Assembly: GCA_964530135.1 (NCBI GenBank)
Contig: CAZGXN010000003.1
Span: 42,942-106,941 of the forward strand
Source of the DNA: an uncultured Bdellovibrionales bacterium
GTDB lineage: Bacteria; Patescibacteriota; Minisyncoccia; Moranbacterales; UBA1568
Direction: 5' to 3'
DNA length: 64,000 bases
Part shown: positions 37,285 through 46,818 of the stretch, piece after piece
Position numbering within the stretch: position 1 is the stretch's first letter
Layout: each line of letters begins with the position of its first letter
Made by a program: the position numbers and the translations under genes
Notes under the pieces: model-generated
The model's input: only the letters and a program-made list of their open reading frames with translations
What the model was told of the DNA's origin: nothing
Database searches by the model: none

Positions 37285-37782
37285 ATGACTCAATTCAGCG
37301 ATCAGCGTGTCGGCATACTCGTCGACATTCAAAACTTGTACTATAGTGCACGAGTTTTGTATAGCAAGAAAGTGAACTTTAAAGCTGTACTTGAAGCTGG
37401 AACCAATGAACGCAAGCTCATTCGGGCTCTCGCTTATGGGATCAAGACGACCGAAGGTATGGAGGAGAAATTTTTCGAAGCCCTCACAAAGAGCGGCTAT
37501 GATGTGATGACCAAGGATCTCCAGATTTTCCCAGATGGATCGCGCAAAGGTGATTGGGATGTCGGTATTGCGATTGATGCGATCAAGATGGCGGCAAAAC
37601 TTGATGTGATCGTGCTTGTCTCAGGTGATGGAGACTATGTTCATCTCGTGGAGTATCTCCAAAATACCTTTGGCTGTCGTGTGGAAGTCATCGCGTTTGC
37701 GGAATCAGCCTCGGCAAAACTCATCGAAAAAGCCGATGCTTTTATGAATCTCTCCGAAAATAAGAAGCGTTTCCTTATCTAG
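37285..37782 (+). CDS. NYN-domain (LabA-like, PIN-related) predicted RNase.
   Basis: 165 aa. VGILVDIQNLYY carries the conserved Asp and LVSGDGDY the DGD motif. The gene sits between rpsO and pnp. Confidence 0.7.
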   Translation: MTQFSDQRVGILVDIQNLYYSARVLYSKKVNFKAVLEAGTNERKLIRALAYGIKTTEGMEEKFFEALTKSGYDVMTKDLQIFPDGSRKGDWDVGIAIDAIKMAAKLDVIVLVSGDGDYVHLVEYLQNTFGCRVEVIAFAESASAKLIEKADAFMNLSENKKRFLI

Positions 37783-37797
37783 CGAAAGATATTGACG

Positions 37798-37830
37798 AAA
37801 AAGCGCCTTACTTAAGGTGCTTTTTACTTT
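37798..37830 (+). terminator. Rho-independent terminator after the NYN gene.
   Basis: AAAAAGCGCCTT-ACTT-AAGGTGCTTTTTACTTTTT. Confidence 0.5.
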
Positions 37831-37951
37831 TTCCAAGCTGTTTTTGACAAGACTGAATTTGGGGAGTAGGCTGTTCGCATCGTTTTCAAGTATCTTGTTC
37901 TTTTAAAAACCTATCCGACCCTACCCCCCTCAACTACCCGAAGGAGTTGCT

Positions 37952-38416
37952 ATGCAAAGAGATGGGCTCACTACTTTGATTCAAGATCCCGCGCATCCAA
38001 AGGCATCAGATCAGGGAGAATCATCTGCACACTCTCTGGAAAGCCTGAAGAATCTGATGGCTCGCCGTCCGCATGCTTTAGTGCCAAATGGTTCCCTCGA
38101 GACACAAGTCATGGCTTTTGAACTGATGATGAGAAATCTCGAGCACGGGTTGGGATGGCATGACAATAAGTTCCGACCACTGCTTCTTGATGTCCTCTCA
38201 CAAAAGAGCTCTACCCAGCTTGCAGTGCTCGAGTTTCGTCTCCGGCAACTCGCCTGGGAGCTCGGTTCAATTGCGCAGACAGTCGCTCTTTCCAGTCGGC
38301 TGTCCAAGCTCCACCCGACCATTCGCGCTATTATCGGTCGTGAAATCGGGCTATGGCAAGCAAGTGGCTTACCAATAGAAGAGTGGCTTAAATGTCATTC
38401 TCGCTTTCGTGGATGA
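37952..38416 (+). CDS. Hypothetical protein.
   Basis: 154 aa. An AGGAG-type RBS (aaggagttgctATG) precedes the start. No family was recognised. Confidence 0.5.
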   Translation: MQRDGLTTLIQDPAHPKASDQGESSAHSLESLKNLMARRPHALVPNGSLETQVMAFELMMRNLEHGLGWHDNKFRPLLLDVLSQKSSTQLAVLEFRLRQLAWELGSIAQTVALSSRLSKLHPTIRAIIGREIGLWQASGLPIEEWLKCHSRFRG

Positions 38417-38683
38417 CGGACCGTTCAGCTCACTTTTCCATGGCAGCGGTTCTCGTCAGACTACTGCTGTCTCAAAGAGAGAGTATGTTTGCGTCCCAGG
38501 AGTGCAGAGGAAAGTACGGATAAGCCTGCGAAGGAAGAGAAATTCCTCGATTGAATGCGGCTGCTGAAAACACCAGGCAGTCGCATTTTCCTTTGACAAA
38601 ATTGGTAAAAAAGGGTTAGAGTGCAGGCACTAACTAATAATTTCCGTCAATTGGGTTTATAGGTACACGGTTTTGTCTGAGAC

Positions 38684-40876
38684 TTGCTTGGACGAAGCCG
38701 CGTGTTTATGAGCCCGGGGCGGTTCAATTCTATGCAAGGAGCCAGACAATGGTCTCTCCAGCTCGGTGGGCGTGAATTAAGTATCTCTACCGGTCTCCTC
38801 GCCGGCCAGGCGAATGGTGCCGTGACGGTCCAGTATGGCGACACGGTCGTTTTGGCGACAGCGGTTATGAGTCAGTCGATGTCAAAGATCACGGGCTATT
38901 TTCCGCTCATGGTCGATTTTGAGGAACGGTACTACGCTGCGGGCAAGATTAAAGGTTCGCGCTTTATCAAGCGTGAAGGTCGTCCGTCAGATGATGCCAT
39001 CCTTTCGGGCCGCGCGGTGGACCGCACCATCCGACCACTCTTTCATAGCCGGATGCGCAATGAGGTTCAGGTTGTGACCACTGTCCTTTCAATTGACGGT
39101 GAAAATGATCCGGATATTGTCGCGATGATTGCAGCTTCGGCGGCGCTGACCCTTTCCGATATCCCCTGGGGTGGCCCGATTGGGGCGGTGCGGGTTGGCA
39201 TGGATGCTGAAAAAAAGTTTATTCTCAATCCTTCGCGAGAGGAACAGATGGTGAGCACGCTCGACCTCCTGGTGTCGGGCACTCATGACAAGATCAACAT
39301 GATCGAGTGCGGCGCACAGGAAATTCCTGAAGAGCAGATGACAGAAGCATTTCGTTTTGGTCATGAAGCCATTCAGAAAATTACTGATTTTATCGAATCA
39401 GTGAAGAAGGAGGCTGGTCGAGAGAAGCGACCAGCAGCACTGCTCGTCGGGACACCGGAATTTGAGTCGGGTATGAAAGCGTATATCGCTTCACTTGGTC
39501 TCGCAGACGCCCTCTATCTTCGTCCGAAATCTGCTATGGTAGCCAAAGTGGCTGAAATTGAACGTCAGACTGCTGAGTATGCAGCGGAAAACTTTCCGAA
39601 TGAGAAAAATCAGGCGGAAATTCTCTCGCTGATCAACGAAGAGATTTCAGACGAGGCTTTACACACGAATATCCTTGAACATGAGGCTCGTCCCGATGGT
39701 CGGAAATTGACTGAGATTCGCCCCCTTGCCTCTCAGGTTGGTCTCTTGCCGCGCACTCATGGCACGGGGCTGTTCACGCGTGGTGAGACACAGGTTTTGA
39801 CCGTAACGACACTTGGTGCGCCAGGGGATGAGATGGTGGTTGATACGATGGAAACGGATGAGAAAAAACGTTACATGCACTTCTATAACTTCCCTGCTTA
39901 TTCGGTGGGTGAAATTAAACCGATGCGTGGTCCCGGCCGGCGCGAAGTCGGTCACGGTGCCCTCGCAGAGAAGGCGCTCTTGCCGGTCCTCCCTTCCAAA
40001 GAGGAGTTCCCATATACTATCCATCTCGTTTCGGAAGTGCTTTCCTCAAATGGTTCATCGTCTATGGGTTCGGCCTGTGGCTCGACACTGTCTCTTATGG
40101 ATGCGGGAGTTCCTATCAAGAAGCCGGTTTCCGGTATTGCGATGGGTGTCATTACTGGAAAAGATGGCCGTTTCAAAGTACTCACTGATATTCAGGGTCT
40201 TGAGGATCATTATGGCGACATGGACTTCAAAGTTGCAGGGACAAAAGACGGTATTACCGCGATGCAAATGGATGTAAAGATTGATGGCCTCACACCGGAC
40301 ATGCTTGGAATTGCTATCCAACAGGCGCAAGTGGCTCGGCTCGAGATCATGGATGTCATGCTCGCTGCCATCCCAGAACCGCGTAAGGAGATGTCTCCGT
40401 ATGCACCGCGTATCATCACCCTCCATATCAATCCTGAAAAGATTCGTGATGTTATCGGTCCGGGCGGGAAAATGATCAATCAAATCATCGACGAAACAGG
40501 CGTGTCGATCGATATTGAAGACGACGGATCAGTCTTCATTACCGCAGTCGATGAAGCTGGTGCGGCTCGCGCGGTTGAATGGATTCAGAGCATCACTCGA
40601 GAAGTGGCGGTCGGAGAGATGTTTCAGGGTCGGGTAACACGCATTATGAACTTTGGCGCTTTTGCTGAGGTGCTCCCCAATCAAGAAGGACTGATCCATA
40701 TTTCGGAATTAGCCGATCATCGAGTAGAAAAGGTGGAGGACGTTGTCAATGTTGGTGATGTTGTGGCGGTGATTGTGAAGGAAATTGATGCCCAGGGTCG
40801 AATCAACCTTTCGCACAAGATGGCGAAGGCGAAGATGGCCCATCAAACATCAGACGACAAGGCTTCGGAAGCGTAG
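38684..40876 (+). CDS. pnp: Polynucleotide phosphorylase. The true start is probably the internal MQGARQ, around 38732.
   Basis: 730 aa with two RNase PH domains, a KH domain and an S1 domain (VAVGEMFQGRVTRIMNFGAFAEVLPNQEGLIHISEL). Confidence 0.9.
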   Translation: MLGRSRVFMSPGRFNSMQGARQWSLQLGGRELSISTGLLAGQANGAVTVQYGDTVVLATAVMSQSMSKITGYFPLMVDFEERYYAAGKIKGSRFIKREGRPSDDAILSGRAVDRTIRPLFHSRMRNEVQVVTTVLSIDGENDPDIVAMIAASAALTLSDIPWGGPIGAVRVGMDAEKKFILNPSREEQMVSTLDLLVSGTHDKINMIECGAQEIPEEQMTEAFRFGHEAIQKITDFIESVKKEAGREKRPAALLVGTPEFESGMKAYIASLGLADALYLRPKSAMVAKVAEIERQTAEYAAENFPNEKNQAEILSLINEEISDEALHTNILEHEARPDGRKLTEIRPLASQVGLLPRTHGTGLFTRGETQVLTVTTLGAPGDEMVVDTMETDEKKRYMHFYNFPAYSVGEIKPMRGPGRREVGHGALAEKALLPVLPSKEEFPYTIHLVSEVLSSNGSSSMGSACGSTLSLMDAGVPIKKPVSGIAMGVITGKDGRFKVLTDIQGLEDHYGDMDFKVAGTKDGITAMQMDVKIDGLTPDMLGIAIQQAQVARLEIMDVMLAAIPEPRKEMSPYAPRIITLHINPEKIRDVIGPGGKMINQIIDETGVSIDIEDDGSVFITAVDEAGAARAVEWIQSITREVAVGEMFQGRVTRIMNFGAFAEVLPNQEGLIHISELADHRVEKVEDVVNVGDVVAVIVKEIDAQGRINLSHKMAKAKMAHQTSDDKASEA

Positions 40877-40902
40877 CATTTGAAAATCAGAAAGAGTATA
40901 CT

Positions 40903-40926
40903 AAGAAGAGGGTAACCTCTTCTTTT
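40903..40926 (+). terminator. Rho-independent terminator after pnp.
   Basis: AAGAAGAGG-GTAA-CCTCTTCTT followed by TTGTATTTT. Confidence 0.5.
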
Positions 40927-40933
40927 GTATTTT

Positions 40934-42160
40934 ATGGATTGGTTCAAAACAAAAAAACCAGCCCAGACGGCTGATTCTTCCGACCACCTACTCGGTTTTG
41001 TTCGGACAATGCAAGATGATCTTGATGGACGCGCGGTATTGACGGAGCGCTCGGCTCCACCGGAACCATTGGTGGCTTTTCGGCCAGATACGACAGCGGG
41101 AGCCCCTTTTTTTGTTGCGCCAGGTGCCAAGGCAGATGTGGAAACAGTAGCCTCAGACGACCTCATTCCAAGCCCTTTCCTTCAGACTGATTCTCCAGTT
41201 TCGGCCGGCACTGCTTCGGAGGAGAATACCCCAACATTTGATCCACCCCTTCCTACCCAAACAGTTTCTGAGGATGCCGTCTCAGCAGCTCAGGAGAAGA
41301 CATCTATTCCTCTAACACTGAACACGATACCAGAGCCCACCTCACCGTCGCTGCGGGCAAGATTAGCTTCTTTACCAAAATCTCTCGGTCAAATTAGGCC
41401 CTTGTTTCAGGATAGAAAAATCCGCGCCGTAACACTGATTGCGGCGATTCTCTTATTTCTGGTTCTGGTGGCAGGATTGTACCTCGGGTGGCGTTCCTTC
41501 TCAGGGGACCAGACTGCAAAGAACCTGCCACCGAGCGTAGTTATTGAGTCTCCAGAAAAACCTGAGACTATGCCCGAAGTTCTGCCGGTGGTGCAAACAA
41601 AATATGTTGCAGAGCAGCCGAACATCCTCTCTTTTGATACAGAAACGGTTACGGCTGAGCAGATAAAGGACACGCTGCTTCAGGCTGGTCAAGCGCTCAA
41701 GAAAGATAATCTCTCGGGAGCCATTGAATTTTTGGTGCGTGATCAAAAGCTCAACCCATTGGCCCTTTCCCGCTTTGTGTATTTGGCGAAATTGCCATTC
41801 TCCACCGAACTCCTCAGCACGCTCGATGAGCCCTTCTCTCTCTATATCACCATCGATGATGGACGACCGCGGATTGCGCTCTTGACTTACATCAAAGATG
41901 AACCAGCCTTTACCGCTGAACTGCGGCGGAGTGAAAAAAATCTCGCCCAAATTCTTGACCCGCTCTTTCTCGATGTAACAACGGCTCCCAAGGGCAACCT
42001 GACTTTTCGGGACGGTCTCTATCTCGATCGACCTGTGCGCTTTGCCAATGTCGATACGACCCTGGGCCTCTCGGTTGACTATGCGGTTCGTGGCCGTCAG
42101 TGGGTTCTCGCGACGAGCAAGAATGCTCTTCGATCCGTCCTCGACAAAACGGGCCTCTGA
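40934..42160 (+). CDS. Hypothetical membrane-anchored protein with a long Pro/Ser/Thr-rich N-terminal region. The track ORF starts at 40925 with TTG.
   Basis: MDWFKTKKPAQTADSSD... A TM helix (VTLIAAILLFLVLVAGLYLGW) sits near aa 170. A globular C-terminal domain follows. Confidence 0.55.
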   Translation: MDWFKTKKPAQTADSSDHLLGFVRTMQDDLDGRAVLTERSAPPEPLVAFRPDTTAGAPFFVAPGAKADVETVASDDLIPSPFLQTDSPVSAGTASEENTPTFDPPLPTQTVSEDAVSAAQEKTSIPLTLNTIPEPTSPSLRARLASLPKSLGQIRPLFQDRKIRAVTLIAAILLFLVLVAGLYLGWRSFSGDQTAKNLPPSVVIESPEKPETMPEVLPVVQTKYVAEQPNILSFDTETVTAEQIKDTLLQAGQALKKDNLSGAIEFLVRDQKLNPLALSRFVYLAKLPFSTELLSTLDEPFSLYITIDDGRPRIALLTYIKDEPAFTAELRRSEKNLAQILDPLFLDVTTAPKGNLTFRDGLYLDRPVRFANVDTTLGLSVDYAVRGRQWVLATSKNALRSVLDKTGL

Positions 42161-42276
42161 GCCGTATTAAAAAAAGTCTCGCACTTAATTCCTCAGGAGA
42201 TACAGTAGAGGCTGCACTTCTTGTATTGCAAGGATGAGAAAAAATCGCGCCGTAGAGATATTTTTCGCCCATAAGA

Positions 42277-42305
42277 TTGACTTGAGTGATTTTTTCTGCT
42301 ATACT
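42277..42305 (+). promoter_or_regulatory. Strong sigma70-like promoter (TTGACT, 17-nt spacer, TATACT) at the head of a roughly 500-nt non-coding stretch.
   Basis: TTGACT at 42277-42282, a 17-nt spacer, then TATACT at 42300-42305. Confidence 0.45.
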
Positions 42306-42311
42306 AGATCT

Positions 42312-42812
42312 ATCGAAGTGAGAAAGTTACTTGAAAATATAATCTGAACAGCGAAAGACCTCTCTTCCGCAGCTTGTTGTGGGGTGGAGAAGTCTTTCAC
42401 TGTTTAACCGTTCGGTGCATCGTCACCAGCTGCTCCTATTCTGGTCTGGAGCGTGCCGCCAAAACAAAAACAAAAAAGTTGAGAAAAATAATATTACGCT
42501 CAACCTCGAAACAAAAAAAAACAACAAAAACCAGTACCTTCAAAAAATTGTTTGGCATAGCCAAAGAACGGTGAAAGATCAGGATACAACCAGAAATGTC
42601 CTATTTGCGTGGGCATCAAACCACATACCTCTCACGGTGGAAGCGAATTGCCTCTCACCCGGGCTATACTTCTCCAGAGATATGTTGGGCACACGCACGC
42701 TGGGCGCTTGTACAGCCAATTTTTTTAAAATATTGGGCGTCGTCAAGCGCCCGGCACCAACACTTTTCAGCTGGGCTGAAGGAATGTAAATGGCTTATAA
42801 GAGCCTTTTTTT
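42312..42812 (+). ncRNA. Candidate non-coding transcript of unassigned class, bounded by the promoter above and a weak hairpin plus T7 at 42792-42812. It contains a perfect GTTGAG...CTCAAC hairpin and A-rich tracts.
   Basis: No convincing ORF is present; the 136-aa and 66-aa track ORFs are K/N-rich translations of A-runs. There is a hairpin at 42478-42507. No RNase P or tmRNA signature could be matched by eye. Confidence 0.2.
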
Positions 42813-42889
42813 GTTGCTAAAAAGATGAGAGCACCTCTATAAATATCGAAGTGATTTTTTTGAGTCTTTGATATACTCGAGTTAGTGGG

Positions 42890-43291
42890 ATGGTTTATAT
42901 TTCGGGATGTATGTTGCAACAGAATATCGGTCAATCAGGGGAAGAAGTGGCTGCTACCTATCTTAAAAAATCTGGATATCAGATTTTGGATCGGAATTAT
43001 GCCAATGTTCGGGGGATTCGGCTGGGTGAGATTGATATTGTTGCTGAAAAAGACAAACACATCGTTTTTGTTGAGGTGAAGGCAGCTTGGATCGAAGCGG
43101 GTAGAGAATCGCGTCTTCCGGAGTGGCAAGTAACCCGGGGAAAACTCCGAAAAATGGAGAAGATTGCAAACATCTACCTCAAAGAGAAACGGTTGGAAGA
43201 TCGAGAGTATTCTTTCGATGTCGTGGCAGTAACCTTTTTTTCAATGGGAGAACCAGAGATAAGACACTTGGATCATGTCTTTTTCTCATAG
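42890..43291 (+). CDS. yraN: YraN-family (UPF0102) predicted endonuclease.
   Basis: GEEVAATYLKKSGYQILDRNYANVRGIRLGEIDIVAEKDKHIVFVEVKA is the YraN signature. Confidence 0.7.
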   Translation: MVYISGCMLQQNIGQSGEEVAATYLKKSGYQILDRNYANVRGIRLGEIDIVAEKDKHIVFVEVKAAWIEAGRESRLPEWQVTRGKLRKMEKIANIYLKEKRLEDREYSFDVVAVTFFSMGEPEIRHLDHVFFS

Positions 43292-43341
43292 ACAGATAGG
43301 GGTGAATCATTTATACTTAAGCTAACTTTAATGGAACATAT

Positions 43342-43692
43342 ATGGCTTTAGATTCGGTTACCTTGGCTCATTTGAAGGAAAAACTGCTCGCTGAAAAATC
43401 TCGGCTTGAAGGTGAGCTTGGTCGTTTTGCGAAACCGTCTGGCACGGAGGGAAATTATACAACTCAGTTTGAAAATATCGGGACGGATCCCGATGAAAAT
43501 GCCAGCGAGGTTGAAGAGTATGTTGATACGCTTGCGATCGAGGGGTCGCTTGAGGCCGAGCTTCGAGATGTGAATATCGCGTTGGCAAAAATGGAGAATG
43601 GAAAATACGGATTTTGTGAAAAGACCGGTGAGGTCATCCCGCTTGAGCGTCTCGAGGCCTATCCTGCTGCCCGGACACTAGTTGGCGCCTGA
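43342..43692 (+). CDS. DksA/TraR-family C4 zinc-finger protein.
   Basis: 116 aa. A coiled-coil N-terminus is followed by MENGKYGFCEKTGEVIPLERLEAYPAARTLV; the C..C zinc-finger portion is visible. Confidence 0.65.
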   Translation: MALDSVTLAHLKEKLLAEKSRLEGELGRFAKPSGTEGNYTTQFENIGTDPDENASEVEEYVDTLAIEGSLEAELRDVNIALAKMENGKYGFCEKTGEVIPLERLEAYPAARTLVGA

Positions 43693-43701
43693 ATTCCCAC
43701 T

Positions 43702-44130
43702 ATGTTTGCTTTGCGACTGAGAACGGTGCCTGCCGTTCTCAGTTTTTTTCTACTGTTGGGGATATTGGATATGGCACTTCGCTTCGGACTTTTTCCAGCG
43801 GTCCGGACGATCTGTAATGCTGGTATCGCTTGGGGAATAGCTTTACCAGCGCCAGCACTCTGGTTCGGAGTCAGTCTGTGTTTAGTTATCGTCATTTTGA
43901 ATGCGTGCTGGGCGTCCTCTGTCGGCCAGCGTTTGGCTTGGATGGCCATCGTACTAGGTGGGGGGGTGAACACTGCTGACCGACTGTATCACGGTTGTGT
44001 GGCAGATTATTTTCACCCCCTACTCTTTCCAAGTTTTAATGTGGCTGATATGATGATTTTTCTCGGGGTTCTGTTTCTTCTAGTCTCAGTTTCAGGAATA
44101 TTTCCTAAGATAAAATCCTATGGCGGCTAA
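43702..44130 (+). CDS. lspA: Lipoprotein signal peptidase II.
   Basis: 142 aa with four TM helices. The conserved motifs are NAGIAWGI and FNVADMMIFLGV. Confidence 0.75.
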   Translation: MFALRLRTVPAVLSFFLLLGILDMALRFGLFPAVRTICNAGIAWGIALPAPALWFGVSLCLVIVILNACWASSVGQRLAWMAIVLGGGVNTADRLYHGCVADYFHPLLFPSFNVADMMIFLGVLFLLVSVSGIFPKIKSYGG

Positions 44131-45640
44131 AGTATATTCTGGAGCCACAGTCGGGCTTGACGGTGTTTTGGTCGAGATTGAAGCCGATGTTTTGACCAAG
44201 GGACTGCATCAGTTCAATGTGGTTGGGCTGCCAGATACAGCGGTGAAAGAGGCGCGGGATCGGGTGAGCGCCGCTATCAAGAACACGGGTTTTCGTCCGC
44301 CACATCACAGTGGTCGGGTTACGATCAACCTTGCTCCAGCGGACCTCCCCAAGGGTTCAGCCGCCTATGATCTCCCCATGGCTCTTGCATTTCTTTTGGC
44401 AACGAAGCAAATCACTTTCACCCCTGAGAAACGGTTTTTTATTGGTGAGTTGGCCCTGGACGGACGACTTCGACCCGTCTCCGGTGTGCTTCCGTTAGTG
44501 CTCTTTGCTCAGCGTTCTGGTTTTGAAGAGGTTTTTGTCCCAGCGGAGAATGCGCGTGAAGCAGCCCTGGTTCCAGGGATGTGTGTGAGAGCGATTTCGG
44601 GATTGGATATGCTCGTGGCTCATCTCGATGGAAGAAAACCAATTTTGGCTTTCTCTGAAACTCGTCCGAGGGAAGCCAGCGCAGGGACAAATGCGACGGA
44701 TTTTTCTTTGATTCGGGGTCAAGAGCATGCCAAACGGGCGCTGGAAATTGCAGCCGCTGGGGGGCACAATATTCTCATGGTCGGTCCACCTGGGTCGGGC
44801 AAAACATTGCTGGCCAAGGCGTTGCCGACAATTCTGCCGACACTTACATTTGAGGAGTGCTTGGAGGTAACGCAGATTTTCTCGGTGGCCGGCCGATTGA
44901 CGCGGGGTGAAGCACTTGTGGAACAGCGGCCTTTTCGCGCTCCACATCATACAGCGAGTGGCATCTCGCTTATCGGTGGCGGGACACTGCCTCGCCCGGG
45001 AGAGATCAGTCTCGCGCATCGGGGTGTGCTCTTCTTCGACGAGTTTGCTGAGTTCCCCCGCTCGTTGCTCGAGAGTCTTCGTCAGCCGCTTGAGGACGGT
45101 ATCGTGACGGTCGCCCGGGCCAAAGGAACGCTCACTTTCCCAGCTCGTTTTATGCTCGTTGCAGCCATGAACCCATGTCCGTGTGGCCACCATGGCGATC
45201 CAGATCGAGTGTGCAGCTGTAGCGCCTATCAGATAGAGAAGTACCGCCAAAAAGTCTCAGGCCCTATCCTGGACCGGATTGATCTCCATGTAGATGTGCC
45301 ACGATTATCATTTGATGAGTTGCGCAATCGGTCGGTGGGAGAAACGAGCGCGGATGTTCGACAACGAGTTGAAGCTGCCCGGAAACGAGGCCGCGAACGG
45401 CTGCAAGGCACGCAGAAGCAATCCAATGCCGAAATGGATAACAAACTCTTAGAGGTACACTGCGGACTCGATGAAATAGGTCAGGGGCTCCTCCGTCAGG
45501 CGGTGGAACATTATCACCTCTCCCCACGCGCCTATACGCGTATCCTGAAGACAGCCCGGACTATCGCTGATTTGGCCGATGCAGAGCATATTGCCGATGC
45601 ACATCTGGCTGAGGCACTTCAGTATCGATTTCGTGACTAG
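44120..45640 (+). CDS. comM: ComM/YifB-family Mg-chelatase-like AAA+ ATPase (competence-associated).
   Basis: 506 aa. An N-terminal Lon-like domain is followed by Walker A ILMVGPPGSGKTLLAK, Walker B VLFFDEF and a C-terminal ChlI domain. Confidence 0.85.
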   Translation: MAAKVYSGATVGLDGVLVEIEADVLTKGLHQFNVVGLPDTAVKEARDRVSAAIKNTGFRPPHHSGRVTINLAPADLPKGSAAYDLPMALAFLLATKQITFTPEKRFFIGELALDGRLRPVSGVLPLVLFAQRSGFEEVFVPAENAREAALVPGMCVRAISGLDMLVAHLDGRKPILAFSETRPREASAGTNATDFSLIRGQEHAKRALEIAAAGGHNILMVGPPGSGKTLLAKALPTILPTLTFEECLEVTQIFSVAGRLTRGEALVEQRPFRAPHHTASGISLIGGGTLPRPGEISLAHRGVLFFDEFAEFPRSLLESLRQPLEDGIVTVARAKGTLTFPARFMLVAAMNPCPCGHHGDPDRVCSCSAYQIEKYRQKVSGPILDRIDLHVDVPRLSFDELRNRSVGETSADVRQRVEAARKRGRERLQGTQKQSNAEMDNKLLEVHCGLDEIGQGLLRQAVEHYHLSPRAYTRILKTARTIADLADAEHIADAHLAEALQYRFRD

Positions 45641-45652
45641 ACTATCCAAAAC

Positions 45653-46600
45653 ATGAAAAGTACTTTGTGGATCGTTTTTATTGCGGTTGCCGCTTTCTTC
45701 TCCTGGGTGATGATGACCCCTCCATTTGCCGATTCGAGGGAAGTGTTTTTGGTGGGTCGGCCACTGCCGGCTGCCGTCGTGCTTTCAGGGATGCGCTACC
45801 CATTCGTCTTTGATGCTGGATTGACGGTCGCCGAGGCATTGAATCGCGCTGGATTTCAGTGGCAGGATGGCGATGAGGTTTTTCCGGCGGCCGAGAGTCA
45901 GTTATTGGCTGGGACAACGATATTTTGGGCACCAGTTCGGACGATACATGTTTCGGCTGATGCGAGCAAACAAACGGTCTCAGTACTTGCACCGACGAGT
46001 GAAGGGATTATTGCTGAAATAGGGCTGGTGCTTGATGAGGATGATATCGTCGTACCGGCGCGCGAGGTGACGGTTTCAGAAGGTGAGACGATTGTTATCA
46101 CGCGAGTCGAAATTCGGGAAGAAACGAAAGAGGTTAAGATTCCATTTACAACCAAGACTGAGGAAGATGCAGAGCTGTCGTGGCGGAAGAAAATTGTGAA
46201 ACAAAAAGGTGAAAATGGCACCAAGACAACTACCTATCGTGTAAGCTATCATAATGGCAAAGAGGTGAATCGGAAGCTACTTTCAACTGAGGTAACGAAA
46301 GAGCCGGCGATGGAGATCGTGACGCAGGGAACCTATGTAAAAACCGGCAAAAGCCATCGGGGCGCGGCGTCATGGTATGCTTGGACCGGAACCATGGCCG
46401 CGGCCAATCCGTGGCTCCCCAAAGGCAGTTTTGTAAAAGTGACGAATCTTGATAATGGCAAATCGGTCATCGTCGTCATCAATGATCGCGGGCCGTTCGT
46501 CCCAGGGCGTATCATCGATCTCGACCGTGTCGCCTTTGAAAAGATCGCCTCGATCGGCGCTGGTGTCATCAATGTAAAAATGGAAGAGATCGTGAATTAG
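45653..46600 (+). CDS. YabE-like cell-wall protein (DUF348/G5-like region plus a C-terminal 3D/RlpA-like double-psi beta-barrel).
   Basis: N-terminal TM anchor. The C-terminus reads GAASWYAWTGTMAAANPWLPKGSFVKVTNLDNGKSVIVVINDRGPFVPGRIIDL. The position next to ksgA mirrors the Firmicutes yabE-ksgA synteny. Confidence 0.65.
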   Translation: MKSTLWIVFIAVAAFFSWVMMTPPFADSREVFLVGRPLPAAVVLSGMRYPFVFDAGLTVAEALNRAGFQWQDGDEVFPAAESQLLAGTTIFWAPVRTIHVSADASKQTVSVLAPTSEGIIAEIGLVLDEDDIVVPAREVTVSEGETIVITRVEIREETKEVKIPFTTKTEEDAELSWRKKIVKQKGENGTKTTTYRVSYHNGKEVNRKLLSTEVTKEPAMEIVTQGTYVKTGKSHRGAASWYAWTGTMAAANPWLPKGSFVKVTNLDNGKSVIVVINDRGPFVPGRIIDLDRVAFEKIASIGAGVINVKMEEIVN

Positions 46601-46609
46601 TCAGAAATT

Positions 46610-46729
46610 ATGAAATTCATAATACTCAATGGACCTTCATGTAGCGGAAAAAGTACCGTGATTAAGCGTGTGCTACCACAAAAAAATCACCTCTTTTCAG
46701 AGAGAAGTGTAGTTGTATACCATTTATGA
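46610..46729 (+). pseudogene. A 39-codon remnant of a P-loop kinase/NTPase gene, below the ORF-track cutoff.
   Basis: ATG at 46610 gives MKFIILNGPSCSGKSTVIKRVLPQKNHLFSERSVVVYHL, then a stop. The Walker A motif GPSCSGKST is intact, but the protein is truncated after about 40 aa. Confidence 0.4.
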
Positions 46730-46818
46730 AACAGAAAAAAATACAGCAGCTATTATGTATAGAACTGATAAACAATCCATTGACGAAGTAGTCGATGATG
46801 TACTGAAGTTTTTCTAAG

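Noticed and set aside
42379-42789. 136-aa and 66-aa ORFs in the 42.3-42.8 kb non-coding stretch.
   Set aside because: They are K/N/T-rich translations of poly-A tracts, with a hairpin in the middle and no RBS logic. The region is better explained as non-coding RNA or UTR. RNase P and tmRNA identity were also considered, but no conserved P4-type or GGGG...CCACCA features could be matched, so no specific RNA class was called.
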